Shown: one piece after another, positions 33,261 through 41,794 of the stretch
Numbering within the stretch: position 1 is the first letter of the stretch
Layout of the letters: each line of letters starts with the position of its first letter
DNA from: an uncultured bacterium
GTDB lineage: Bacteria; Patescibacteriota; Minisyncoccia; Phycocordibacterales; Phycocordibacteraceae
Length of the DNA stretch: 64,000 bases
Assembly (NCBI GenBank): GCA_947085505.1
Contig: CAMTWI010000002.1
Location: 8,681 to 72,680, forward strand
Reading direction: 5' to 3'
The notes under the pieces: generated by a model
Seen by the model: the letters and a program-made list of their open reading frames with translations, nothing else
Database searches by the model: none
What the model was told of the DNA's origin: nothing
Translations under genes and position numbers: made by a program

Positions 33261-33303
33261 TCTTGCACACACGTTTAGCAATTTATCGATCGCAATCGCA
33301 AGA
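33261..33303. promoter_or_regulatory. inverted repeat TCTTGC-N31-GCAAGA upstream of giant gene 2
   Basis: Arms at 33261-33266 and 33298-33303. It shares the 9-mer tcttgcaca with the repeat at 18998. Confidence 0.25.
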
Positions 33304-33665
33304 ATTTATTTAAAACAAAAAAATCAAAAAAACTTAGATAGAATTTTGATGTGACCGCAAATATTTCATGTCCAAGGTGTCTTAGTTAGCCCGCAAGGAA
33401 CCACACCTCAACAAAAAGCTTAAACCTTACTGAATCTATACATTAATTAAGAACATAGGGTCGGCAATCCGTAATAGTTAATACTTACCTATTAAGTCGG
33501 ATCGAAAGTGCGACAGTCTACGGCCTTAACGTATCCTATATATAGGTATAGTTGAGAATAATTGCAGATAAAGAGGTATTTTCACCAGTTAAATGCATTT
33601 ACAACCTAAATAAAGTAAATACTGCTTTATTCCTCTCTGTAGTAGTAATGCTCCTTAATATAGTC

Positions 33666-33691
33666 ATAAAGCCCTCATTTGAGGGCTTTAT
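33666..33691 (-). terminator. perfect 11-bp hairpin downstream of the 301-aa HTH-TM gene
   Basis: ataaagccctc-attt-gagggctttat lies about 105 nt after the stop at 33798. Only a weak T-tract follows on the minus strand. Confidence 0.45.
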
Positions 33692-33797
33692 CTTAAACAT
33701 TGTGTCTAAAGTAAGTAGTTTTGTTTGATGTCAGCGAGTCAGACTATCTCAGATCTTATAATTGTATCTTGTATATACGAGACGAGATATTGTTATT

Positions 33798-34703
33798 TTA
33801 TAAGCTACTTTTATAGGTACTCTTTCCTCCGAGAAAGTCTATTATGGACTTTTGAACTCCGTAGTCCAGACTCGTTCCAGAAAGAAGTCGTTCTGCATTC
33901 CCTGTTCCTATCAGAGCTACGAGCATTGCAGCAACGGATACGACGATGAGAATTGCACGAACAACGACACTGCTCGATGACTTCGTCTCAGCTACTACTG
34001 CTTTAGTTAATGGCTTTTGTGCTCGTTGGATAACCGGCTGCTCTGGGTAGACTTCCTCATATTCCTTGCGAGGAGTATTCGCTGTTGCATACGATCGATG
34101 TAGCTCAACTCTTTCTTCTTTTGGGATTGTCTCTTCTGCGGCTTTTGCTAGTTCTGGCTCAGGATTCCGAATTCGTGAGATAGCGACTACTTCTTCTTGG
34201 TCAGGGCTGTGGGTCACCGATACCTCCTGAGCCTCTAAAACAGCCTCAGGAGCGGTTTCGGGCACGATTACAGGTAGATACTCATCCTTAAAATCATCTG
34301 TGCCGTCAGGTAACGTTGCCTGTGGAGTCTTTTTTTCATCAAACCACTCTCTCCACGCAGACTGCATGTCAGCGATTGCCGGAGATCCAACGGTTTCTGC
34401 TGGCTTCCTGCTGAATTCAGGCACTAAAACAGGCGTTTCAGCCACATATTGAGGTTTCTGCCATGTAGAGACCCTATCAGTAGCTGGTTCTGCCTGTTCA
34501 ACTACTGGTTCGACATCATCTTCTTTTCCAAATCTATGCTCTCTGATAGCTGAGTCTAGTACGTACCAATTACGACCAACTAGACGAGCCTCCACCCTCC
34601 CTTCTCGACAAAGCTGACCGACATAGTCTTTCGCATAACCAGTAATTTTTGCCGCCTGCTTTGACGAGATGTAAGTCTTGTCACCAATAGTTATCTCATC
34701 CAT
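33798..34703 (-). CDS. HTH-domain protein with acidic linker and C-terminal TM anchor (short paralog of the giant-protein N-terminal module)
   Basis: 301 aa. The N-terminus YISSKQAAKITGYAKDYVGQLCREGRVEARLVGRNWYVLDSAI aligns with both giant proteins. A TM helix VVVRAILIVVSVAAMLVALIGTG spans aa 246-268 (33900-33968). Confidence 0.75.
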   Translation of the reverse strand: MDEITIGDKTYISSKQAAKITGYAKDYVGQLCREGRVEARLVGRNWYVLDSAIREHRFGKEDDVEPVVEQAEPATDRVSTWQKPQYVAETPVLVPEFSRKPAETVGSPAIADMQSAWREWFDEKKTPQATLPDGTDDFKDEYLPVIVPETAPEAVLEAQEVSVTHSPDQEEVVAISRIRNPEPELAKAAEETIPKEERVELHRSYATANTPRKEYEEVYPEQPVIQRAQKPLTKAVVAETKSSSSVVVRAILIVVSVAAMLVALIGTGNAERLLSGTSLDYGVQKSIIDFLGGKSTYKSSL

Positions 34704-34709
34704 GCATGG

Positions 34710-34715
34710 ATTATA
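34710..34715 (-). promoter_or_regulatory. consensus -10 TATAAT, 6 nt upstream of the ATG at 34703 (leaderless-type promoter)
   Basis: Minus strand reads TATAAT ccatgc ATG. A possible -35 CTGAAA lies 17 nt upstream. The site follows the gatB terminator. Confidence 0.5.
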
Positions 34716-34777
34716 ATACTTTCTTGCCTCGTTTCAGATAGGTTATGAACACCTGTATGTCGAGCTCGATTTTCAGA

Positions 34778-34820
34778 TAAAAGAAACTCCTCAGGAGAGA
34801 TCCTGAGGAGTTTCTTTTTT
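34778..34820. terminator. rho-independent terminator after gatB
   Basis: A perfect 15-bp stem agaaactcctcagga-gaga-tcctgaggagtttct is flanked by A- and T-runs. Confidence 0.8.
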
Positions 34821-34830
34821 ACCTGCTTGG

Positions 34831-36258
34831 CTAGAACGCCTTATGAAGCTCCTCCAGAAGAAGCTTCTTGAGTGTTCCAGGATTACCAGCTCCCTGGGTT
34901 GCCTTCATGCTCATGCCTATCAGGAACTGGAGCGACGACTCCTTGCCTGATCGGTATTCAGCTGCAGGACCTTCGTGGTCCTTGAGGACTCTGAGCACCG
35001 CCTCACGAAGAGCTCCTTCATCACTAACCTGGATTAGTCCTCGCTCCTTGGCGATAGACGCTGGATCACCTCCCTCCTCTAGGAGAACCACAAGGACATC
35101 CTTTGCTCCGCGAGAAGATAGGTCTCCCTTGGACACGAGACGGATTAGCGAGACAAATGAAGCAGGAGCGAGTCCTTCAAATTCTGACTTGCCACTCTTT
35201 GCATACCACCCAGCCACATCTGAGATGAGGTAGTTCGCACACGCAAGAAGGAGTGCAGAGTCGCCTTCAACTTCAGTAATGACTGTATCGAAAAATTCTC
35301 CCCGCTCCTTAGAGCCGGCGAGGACCGCTACGTCACTTTCCTTGAGGCCAAGCTCTCGGTATCGCGCCCTCCGTTCCCACGGAAGTTCTGGGAGCGACGC
35401 ACGCAAGGCTTCAGGAGCGAACTCAGGGATCTCAGAGAGAGCGAGTTTAGGTAAATCAGGTTCTGGGAAGTAGCGGTAGTCTGCACTGCCCTCCTTGAGG
35501 CGCTGTGAGAATGTCTTCTGTCCTCCTTCGTCCCATCCCCTCGTCTCCTGCAAAACGACGCCTCCCTCATCAAGGAGTTTGGACTGTCGCGCCACTTCAA
35601 ATGCGATTGCTCGCTCTACCGAACGAAACGAGTTTAAGTTTTTAACTTCAACTTTTGTTCCGAACGTATCATCTTTCGAGACAGAGATATTTGCCTCAAC
35701 ACGCATCTCTCCCTTCTCGAGGTTTGCATGGGACGCACCAATGGTGCGAAGGAGTAGCTGGAGTTCACGTGCAAATACTCCTGCGGTCTCTGCGTCATGG
35801 ATAACCGGTTCGGTTACAAGTTCCATGAGCGGCACACCTGCTCGATTGAAATCAACGAGACTGACTCCTTCGCTCGTCGTGTGAGACGAACGTGCAGTGT
35901 CCTCTTCAAGATGTACTCGCGTGATAGCAACGCCCGCGAGTTCACCCCCGGACACGAGCGGATGTTCGTACTGACTAATCTGATACCCCTTCGGGATGTC
36001 TGGATAGAAATAACTCTTGCGATCGAACTCAGTGAAGTCGGCAAGTGTGCTGCCAAGAGCGGTTCCAACCTGGAGCACCTTTCGCACTGCCTCCTTGTTC
36101 GCAACCGGGAGTGCTCCGGGGTGCGCCATGCAGACCGGGCAGACATGCACGTTTGGCTCAGAGCCCTCAGGCTCGTTCTTACACGAGCAGAACATCTTCG
36201 TTGAGGTGTTCAGCTCTACATGGATCTCAAGGCCAATGGTCGGCCGATAGTCGCTCAT
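34831..36258 (-). CDS. gatB: Asp-tRNA(Asn)/Glu-tRNA(Gln) amidotransferase subunit B
   Basis: The N-terminus MSDYRPTIGLEIHVELNTSTKMFCSC is the GatB hallmark. 475 aa. Confidence 0.95.
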   Translation of the reverse strand: MSDYRPTIGLEIHVELNTSTKMFCSCKNEPEGSEPNVHVCPVCMAHPGALPVANKEAVRKVLQVGTALGSTLADFTEFDRKSYFYPDIPKGYQISQYEHPLVSGGELAGVAITRVHLEEDTARSSHTTSEGVSLVDFNRAGVPLMELVTEPVIHDAETAGVFARELQLLLRTIGASHANLEKGEMRVEANISVSKDDTFGTKVEVKNLNSFRSVERAIAFEVARQSKLLDEGGVVLQETRGWDEGGQKTFSQRLKEGSADYRYFPEPDLPKLALSEIPEFAPEALRASLPELPWERRARYRELGLKESDVAVLAGSKERGEFFDTVITEVEGDSALLLACANYLISDVAGWYAKSGKSEFEGLAPASFVSLIRLVSKGDLSSRGAKDVLVVLLEEGGDPASIAKERGLIQVSDEGALREAVLRVLKDHEGPAAEYRSGKESSLQFLIGMSMKATQGAGNPGTLKKLLLEELHKAF

Positions 36259-36296
36259 AGAAGTGATGCTAGCACAGGCGCAAGTTCCCCCGCCAC

Positions 36297-37277
36297 CTAG
36301 GCGTCCTCCCTGGCAAGCTCCTTCGTAAGGGTATCGGAAAATGCCTTGAGGAGATTCTCGTCTGCAATGGAGAGCGCGAGCACCCTCTTCCCTGCTGCCT
36401 TCTCAAGGTCAATTCGTAGCTTTTCAGCCTCTTCTGGCGACAAAAGGTCCACTTTCGAGAGCACCACGAGTTCTTCTTTCTCGTCGAGTCCGTTACCAAA
36501 TGCCGTTAGCTCGTCCCGTATGGCCCTATAGGCTGCAACAACGTCTTCTTGCTCAACCGAGACGAGATGTACAAGAAACTTCGTACGTTCTATATGCTTG
36601 AGGAACCGAGAACCAAGACCTCGTCCCTCCGAGGCACCTTCGATAAGTCCTGGAATATCAGCCAGGATGCGTCCATAAAAGTCCCCGAGATGGGGGTCGA
36701 GTGTCGTGAAGGGGTATGCCCCGACTCGTGAGCGGGCGCGGGTCAGCTCATTCAAGAGAGAGGACTTTCCGGCATTCGGAAAGCCGATAAGGCCCGCGTC
36801 CGCGATGAGCTTTAGGGTGATATGGATATCCCCAGTCTGGCCGTTTCGCCCCGGCATGGAGTTCATAGGATTCTGGTTTGTGGGGCCTTTGTAGTGGGCA
36901 TTCCCATAGCCTCCAGGGCCTCCCTTGAGCACAACGATGCGCTCCCCTTCCTTAAGAAGATCGAACACGTCACCTGTTGAAGAAACCGCTACGGTGCTAC
37001 CAACCGGAAGCTTAAGCACCACTGGCTCCCCGTCCTTTCCATGACGGTCGTTCCCTTCCCCTGGTCCTCCGTTCTCTGCCTTAATGCGCTTCGTGTAGCG
37101 ATACGCTGCAAGCGCTCCGAGATCACGGACCGTCTCGACAATAATGTCGCCACCACGTCCCCCATCGCCTCCCGCAGGACCACCCTTATCCTTTCCTTTC
37201 ATGTGTAGCCATCGCACAACACCCGGACCTCCGTGTCCGGCTACTGCGTGTACGTGCATCTCATCGACGAAAGCCAT
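36297..37277 (-). CDS. obg: GTPase Obg
   Basis: MAFVDEMHVHAVAGHGGPG, the Gly-rich Obg fold, and the G-domain motifs GFPNAGKSSLL and DIPGLIEGA. Start trimmed from the GTG at 37286 to the ATG at 37277. Confidence 0.9.
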   Translation of the reverse strand: MAFVDEMHVHAVAGHGGPGVVRWLHMKGKDKGGPAGGDGGRGGDIIVETVRDLGALAAYRYTKRIKAENGGPGEGNDRHGKDGEPVVLKLPVGSTVAVSSTGDVFDLLKEGERIVVLKGGPGGYGNAHYKGPTNQNPMNSMPGRNGQTGDIHITLKLIADAGLIGFPNAGKSSLLNELTRARSRVGAYPFTTLDPHLGDFYGRILADIPGLIEGASEGRGLGSRFLKHIERTKFLVHLVSVEQEDVVAAYRAIRDELTAFGNGLDEKEELVVLSKVDLLSPEEAEKLRIDLEKAAGKRVLALSIADENLLKAFSDTLTKELAREDA

Positions 37278-37300
37278 TTTATGCACGATACCACAGAACG

Positions 37301-37329
37301 TTGACTTTACCTAGTATTATAGGCATGAT
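37301..37329 (+). promoter_or_regulatory. candidate sigma70-type promoter for the aspartate-kinase-like gene
   Basis: TTGACT (37301-37306), a 17-nt spacer, then CATGAT (37324-37329). Confidence 0.3.
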
Positions 37330-37372
37330 GCGAACAGGCGTTCCTTGAGAATGTATTCACTCACATCAGAAA

Positions 37373-37378
37373 AGGAGG
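37373..37378 (+). promoter_or_regulatory. Shine-Dalgarno AGGAGG for the GTG start at 37385
   Basis: aaAGGAGGtgcgccGTG, 6-nt spacing. Confidence 0.7.
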
Positions 37379-37384
37379 TGCGCC

Positions 37385-38725
37385 GTGGGCGACACCGTAC
37401 TCGAAATTGGCGACTCCTGTCTGACATCTGCTGAAGGGTTCAGGCAGGCTGTCAAAGTCATTCGCGGCGATCCGAAGCGTCGATACATTGTTGTGTCGGC
37501 CCCCGGAAAGCGTCTTGAACACGACACGAGTGTTACCGAGCTTCTGCAAAGCTTGCGTCACACAGAGCATCCGATTGAAACGATGCGCGCCGTGAAGGAG
37601 CGCTTCTTCGAAATCGCAAAGGATCTTGAACCCGAACAGGGTTTCGTGGATGCGCTTATCGCAAGCCTTGATGAGGCCGAAGATCGCTTCAAGAAGCTTC
37701 GGTGCGAGAATCGATTCGACTACATCGAAAGCCGTGGTGCATATCTAAACGCACTCAGGTTCACACAAATGCTCGGACCTGGTTGGCAGTGTATCGACGC
37801 AACGAAACTGATTCGATTCAGTATTTCAGGGCGGTATGACGCTGTTATGACTAGACGTGCAATTCGTCGCGCTAAACTTTCTGGCAATGTGGTTATCCCT
37901 GCAAACTACGCAGGCGATTCGCGCGGAAAGATTCACACTTTCTCGCGAGACGGTTCCGCTACCACCGGGGCGATTATTGCCGCAATGGTTGAAGCTGAAC
38001 TCTACGAGTATGCAACAAACATGCCCGCTGTGTATGTGGCCAATCCGCATATGCTTGCTATGACGCCGACCCTCATTGGTCGTATGTCGTACTCACAGAT
38101 GGAGGGAATGGCCTATCGCGACACAAACGTGCCCGGACATGAAGCAATCGGCCCGGTTCGAGAATCTGGGATTCCCACGAGACTCTTCGGTCTCGAGACA
38201 CCAAACAACCCCGGGACGTATGTGTACCCTGATGGCGACAAGCGAGCCGCCAGCAACCACTGCTTTACGGGTGTTACTGAGAAGTCAGGATTCACGATGT
38301 TTACCATCACGAATCCTGGCATGAACACAAACTACCAAGACACCCTCGGCGCGCTCTCAGCGCTTTCTGGGTTCGACCTCGGAGACTGTCATATAACAAC
38401 CGGGTTCGGCTCATTAGACGTCATCGTTCCGGACAAAAAAATCGGCGACCAGCGTGAGGCGATTGTGCGCGCAATCCGTGACACGTGCGGCGCTGAGGTC
38501 AGCCTAACGTCGGAGATCGGCATTGTCTGCGTTGTGGGCCAAGATCTCGGAAAAAGCTTTGTGCGAGTAACGCACATCCTGAATGAACTTGCGGTACGAG
38601 GCATAGAACCCATATTCTATGAACTCGGAGGAAGCCGCACGAACCTTGTCATTGGCGTTGCGCAGGTCCGACTACGTGACGCAGTCGGCACCATCTATGA
38701 GTACATGTTCCGAAATCACTTGTGA
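37385..38725 (+). CDS. aspartate kinase-like amino-acid kinase with C-terminal ACT-like region
   Basis: YIVVSAPGKRL amino-acid-kinase motif. The C-terminus IGIVCVVGQDL...NLVIGV is ACT-like. GTG start with a strong SD motif. Confidence 0.6.
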   Translation: MGDTVLEIGDSCLTSAEGFRQAVKVIRGDPKRRYIVVSAPGKRLEHDTSVTELLQSLRHTEHPIETMRAVKERFFEIAKDLEPEQGFVDALIASLDEAEDRFKKLRCENRFDYIESRGAYLNALRFTQMLGPGWQCIDATKLIRFSISGRYDAVMTRRAIRRAKLSGNVVIPANYAGDSRGKIHTFSRDGSATTGAIIAAMVEAELYEYATNMPAVYVANPHMLAMTPTLIGRMSYSQMEGMAYRDTNVPGHEAIGPVRESGIPTRLFGLETPNNPGTYVYPDGDKRAASNHCFTGVTEKSGFTMFTITNPGMNTNYQDTLGALSALSGFDLGDCHITTGFGSLDVIVPDKKIGDQREAIVRAIRDTCGAEVSLTSEIGIVCVVGQDLGKSFVRVTHILNELAVRGIEPIFYELGGSRTNLVIGVAQVRLRDAVGTIYEYMFRNHL

Positions 38726-38767
38726 CAAAAAAGAGCCGCCCCGGAAACGGGACGGCTCTTCTTCTTT
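38726..38767. terminator. bidirectional terminator between convergent genes
   Basis: aaaaAAGAGCCGcCCCGgaaaCGGGaCGGCTCTTcttcttt. Confidence 0.75.
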
Positions 38768-38775
38768 GCCGGGAA

Positions 38776-41307
38776 CTATTTCGAGACGATAACCCAACCC
38801 TCTGCAAGAAGCGGTTCTGCCTTCTTATACTTCAGGGTCTGCGTCTCCTCGCCCTTCTGTATTGTTACCTCGTCATTCCTGTTGTAGGTATTCTCGTTTC
38901 GGACCGGCTCCGGAGCCTCAGCACTTGTGTCGCTTCCTGCCGACGCTGCAACCAGTCTCGCACGAGTCTTCTCTTCTTCCGCACGAATGCGAGCGTCGTC
39001 GGCCGGCCGTATACGAGGAATGGCTTCCGCCACCGCTGTTGCGATGCTTTCCTGCATCGTCTTGAAACGCGCAAGACCTTCCTTTCGATACTCAATCAAC
39101 GGATCACGCTGTCCGTACGCACGAAGGGATACCGAGCGACGGAGATAATCCATGGTCTCGAGGTGCTCAAGCCAGAAGGTATCCGTAACCTGAAGGAGCA
39201 AACGGCGCATGAGCATCGCCACGGCCTCAGGTCCAAACTCCTCACGCTTCTGTTCGAACGCAACAAGCGCATCAGGGCTTCCGCTAATAAGCATGCGTAT
39301 CAAGTCTTCAATCTCCTCGTTCGTACCCTTAAGGGCGGTCATGCGCTCGCGGTATACCGACAAACGCTGGGTGTTAAGCACATCGTCGTAGGAGAGCACC
39401 TGCTTGCGTGAGTCAAAGTTGAAGCCTTCAATGCGCTTCTGTGCAGTCTCGAGAGCCTTGGTGATAAGCGAGCTCTGTATCGGCTCGTCTTCAGGGATCT
39501 TAAAGGATCCCATAACGTTCTTAACCATATCCGACGCGAAGACGCGCATGAGTTTGTCATCAAGCGAGACAAAGAATCGCGTCTCACCCGGATCGCCCTG
39601 GCGGCCAGAACGGCCACGTAACTGATCATCAATGCGCCGTGCCTCGTGACGCTCGGTACCAATAACCGCAAGACCACCGAAGGTCCTCACTTCTTCGCGC
39701 ATCTCTTCAGACGCCCCAATACCTCCAAGCTTGATGTCGACGCCGCGTCCTGCAAGGTTTGTTGCAACGGTAACCCCTCCCTTCCTGCCGGCACTCGCGA
39801 TAATCTCTCCTTCGCGCTCATGGTTCTTTGCGTTTAATACTTCGTGTGGAATACCCACCTCCCGCAACGCTTCGCTCACTACTTCATTGTCCTCAATAGA
39901 CACTGTACCGATGAGAACCGGCTGTCCCTTCTCATGCACCTCCTTTACGTGGGCCGCGAGTGCCTTGTACTTCCCGCGGGCATTCTGGAAGATAAGATCG
40001 TCATAGTCCTTACGGGCAATCGGACGATGGGTTGGTACCTGAACCACCTCAAGGCCGTAGACAGTAAAGAATTCCTCTTCTGAGGAGAGGCCGGTACCGG
40101 TCATACCTGCAACAGCCTCATACATACGGAAATAGTTCTGGAACGTAACCGACGCATACGTGCGCGTCTCTTTCTGAATCGGCACACCTTCCTTCGCCTC
40201 GATGGCCTGATGCAAGCCCTCGCTCCAACGACGTCCCGGCTGCAAACGCCCCGTAAACTCGTCAACAATAACGATTTCACCTTCCTTCACGACGTATTCC
40301 TTGTCACCTCTGAAGAGTGCTTTTGCGCGCACTGCCGTATCAAGGTGATGGGCATACTTCATACCCCCTTCTGCATAGAGGTTTTCAATTCCCAGCGCTT
40401 TCTCTGCCTTATTGATTCCTTGCTCCGTTATCTGTACGGCTCGCTGCTTCTCGTCAACGGTGTAGTCCTCTTCCTGTACATAGTTCTGCACAATGGATGC
40501 AAAGCGCTCGTAGAGCCCCTCTGCGTCGCCTGCAGGGCCCGAGATAATAAGCGGGGTACGTGCCTCGTCGATAAGGATGGAGTCGATCTCGTCGACAATC
40601 GCGTAATGGTGTCCGCGCTGTACGATCTGTGAGGCGTCGTAGGCGGTGTTGTCACGCAGATAATCGAACCCGAGTTCGTTGTTGGTGGCATACGTAATAT
40701 CAGCGGCATACGCCTCTTGTTTGGTTGCCGGACGCAGGAAGTCATAAAAGACCCGGAACGATCCTTCCTCGTCACGTGCCTTGTCTTCTTCAGACTCAAC
40801 GTGCGATGCGTCATAGACATATGCGCCTGCGCTGGTGACAACACCAACCGAAAGCCCGAGCGCTGCGTACACCTGGCCCATCCACGCCGCGTCACGACGC
40901 GCGAGATAATCGTTCACGGTCACGACATGCACCCCTTTCCCTGCGAGAGCAAAAAGCGTAACCGGAAGCGTCGCCACAAGCGTCTTTCCTTCTCCGGTAC
41001 GCATCTCGGCAATCTTTCCCTTTCCGAGAGCCAAGCCTCCAACGAGCTGTACATCGTAGTGTCGTTCGTTAAGGGTACGACGCGCAACCTCACGCACGAG
41101 TGCGAATACTTCGCCTATGTCTGCGGTCTCAGTTGGCACGCCCTTTGTGCGGTTCCGTACACCCGCAAGACGGGATCTAAGCTCTTCCTCTGAAAGACCT
41201 TCAAAAGTCTCTGAAAGGCTGTTTGCATGAGTAACGACAGGCTGTGCCTGCTTTACGAAGCCTTGCGACTGGTTTTTGGAGAAAATCTTGCTGAGGATAT
41301 TAGCCAT
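38776..41307 (-). CDS. secA: preprotein translocase ATPase SecA
   Basis: 843 aa with MRTGEGKTLVATLP (Walker A), DEIDSILIDEARTPLIISG and TNLAGRGVDIKLGG. Confidence 0.95.
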   Translation of the reverse strand: MANILSKIFSKNQSQGFVKQAQPVVTHANSLSETFEGLSEEELRSRLAGVRNRTKGVPTETADIGEVFALVREVARRTLNERHYDVQLVGGLALGKGKIAEMRTGEGKTLVATLPVTLFALAGKGVHVVTVNDYLARRDAAWMGQVYAALGLSVGVVTSAGAYVYDASHVESEEDKARDEEGSFRVFYDFLRPATKQEAYAADITYATNNELGFDYLRDNTAYDASQIVQRGHHYAIVDEIDSILIDEARTPLIISGPAGDAEGLYERFASIVQNYVQEEDYTVDEKQRAVQITEQGINKAEKALGIENLYAEGGMKYAHHLDTAVRAKALFRGDKEYVVKEGEIVIVDEFTGRLQPGRRWSEGLHQAIEAKEGVPIQKETRTYASVTFQNYFRMYEAVAGMTGTGLSSEEEFFTVYGLEVVQVPTHRPIARKDYDDLIFQNARGKYKALAAHVKEVHEKGQPVLIGTVSIEDNEVVSEALREVGIPHEVLNAKNHEREGEIIASAGRKGGVTVATNLAGRGVDIKLGGIGASEEMREEVRTFGGLAVIGTERHEARRIDDQLRGRSGRQGDPGETRFFVSLDDKLMRVFASDMVKNVMGSFKIPEDEPIQSSLITKALETAQKRIEGFNFDSRKQVLSYDDVLNTQRLSVYRERMTALKGTNEEIEDLIRMLISGSPDALVAFEQKREEFGPEAVAMLMRRLLLQVTDTFWLEHLETMDYLRRSVSLRAYGQRDPLIEYRKEGLARFKTMQESIATAVAEAIPRIRPADDARIRAEEEKTRARLVAASAGSDTSAEAPEPVRNENTYNRNDEVTIQKGEETQTLKYKKAEPLLAEGWVIVSK

Positions 41308-41314
41308 ACGTACT

Positions 41315-41326
41315 CTATATAGGTAT
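41315..41326 (-). promoter_or_regulatory. 12-mer CTATATAGGTAT; minus-strand TATATA lies 8 nt upstream of the secA ATG
   Basis: Minus strand reads gataccTATATAgagtacgtATG. The 12-mer is identical to the one upstream of gap. It follows the terminator at 41377-41402. Confidence 0.4.
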
Positions 41327-41376
41327 CGGCACTATACCGCATTCGGCCTCTCTGTAACAGTCGCGTGCTTAAACGT

Positions 41377-41402
41377 AAAAGTCTCCCGTACGGGAGACTT
41401 TT
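41377..41402 (-). terminator. rho-independent terminator after the histone-like gene
   Basis: aaaagtctcccg-ta-cgggagactttt. Confidence 0.75.
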
Positions 41403-41422
41403 ACTACAAGAGGTCCTAAGGA

Positions 41423-41614
41423 CTACTTGCGCTTCTTTGCAGCCTTGCGCTTCTTTGCAGGAGCCTTCTTTGCTGCTTTCTTGACGGACTTCTTCGCAGC
41501 CTTCTTAGCTGGCTTCCTCTTTGGTGCAGCCTTCTTAGCTGCCTTCCTCTTTGGAGCTGCCTTCTTAGCTGGCTTGCGAACTGCCTTCTTTGCAGACTTC
41601 TTCTTTGCGGCCAT
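41423..41614 (-). CDS. histone H1-like Lys/Ala-rich basic protein (63 aa)
   Basis: MAAKKKSAKKAVRKPAKKAAPKRKAAKKAAPKRK... By count it has 28 K, 5 R, 20 A and 5 P. It has its own terminator. Confidence 0.65.
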   Translation of the reverse strand: MAAKKKSAKKAVRKPAKKAAPKRKAAKKAAPKRKPAKKAAKKSVKKAAKKAPAKKRKAAKKRK

Positions 41615-41691
41615 AGGTCAATGAAAATTTTCTATGACTAGTATTGTCGACCCGCATAGAAGAAGTTTTTCTTACGAAAAATTTCTGTCGT

Positions 41692-41730
41692 ATGCGCGCT
41701 ATAAAATATTATGCGCGCATATAAAATATT
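41692..41730. repeat. tandem 19/20-bp direct repeat ATGCGCGC(T/AT)ATAAAATATT, two copies, in the AT-rich region upstream of the histone-like gene
   Basis: 41692-41710 reads atgcgcgctataaaatatt and 41711-41730 reads atgcgcgcatataaaatatt. The second copy holds the 10-bp palindrome atgcgcgcat. Confidence 0.7.
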
Positions 41731-41794
41731 TTGTAACAAAAAAACTTTTATGTGTGGATAAGTTTTAAAAAACTTTTTCCAAAAAATATTTTCT

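Noticed and set aside
7891-34703. A prophage or phage-derived island, suggested by the tail-fibre S74 chaperone domains and excisionase-like HTH domains.
   Set aside because: No capsid, portal, terminase, tail tube, lysis or integrase genes are present. There is no flanking tRNA or att-like direct repeat. The flanks are housekeeping genes on the same strand. The domains appear domesticated into cellular surface proteins.
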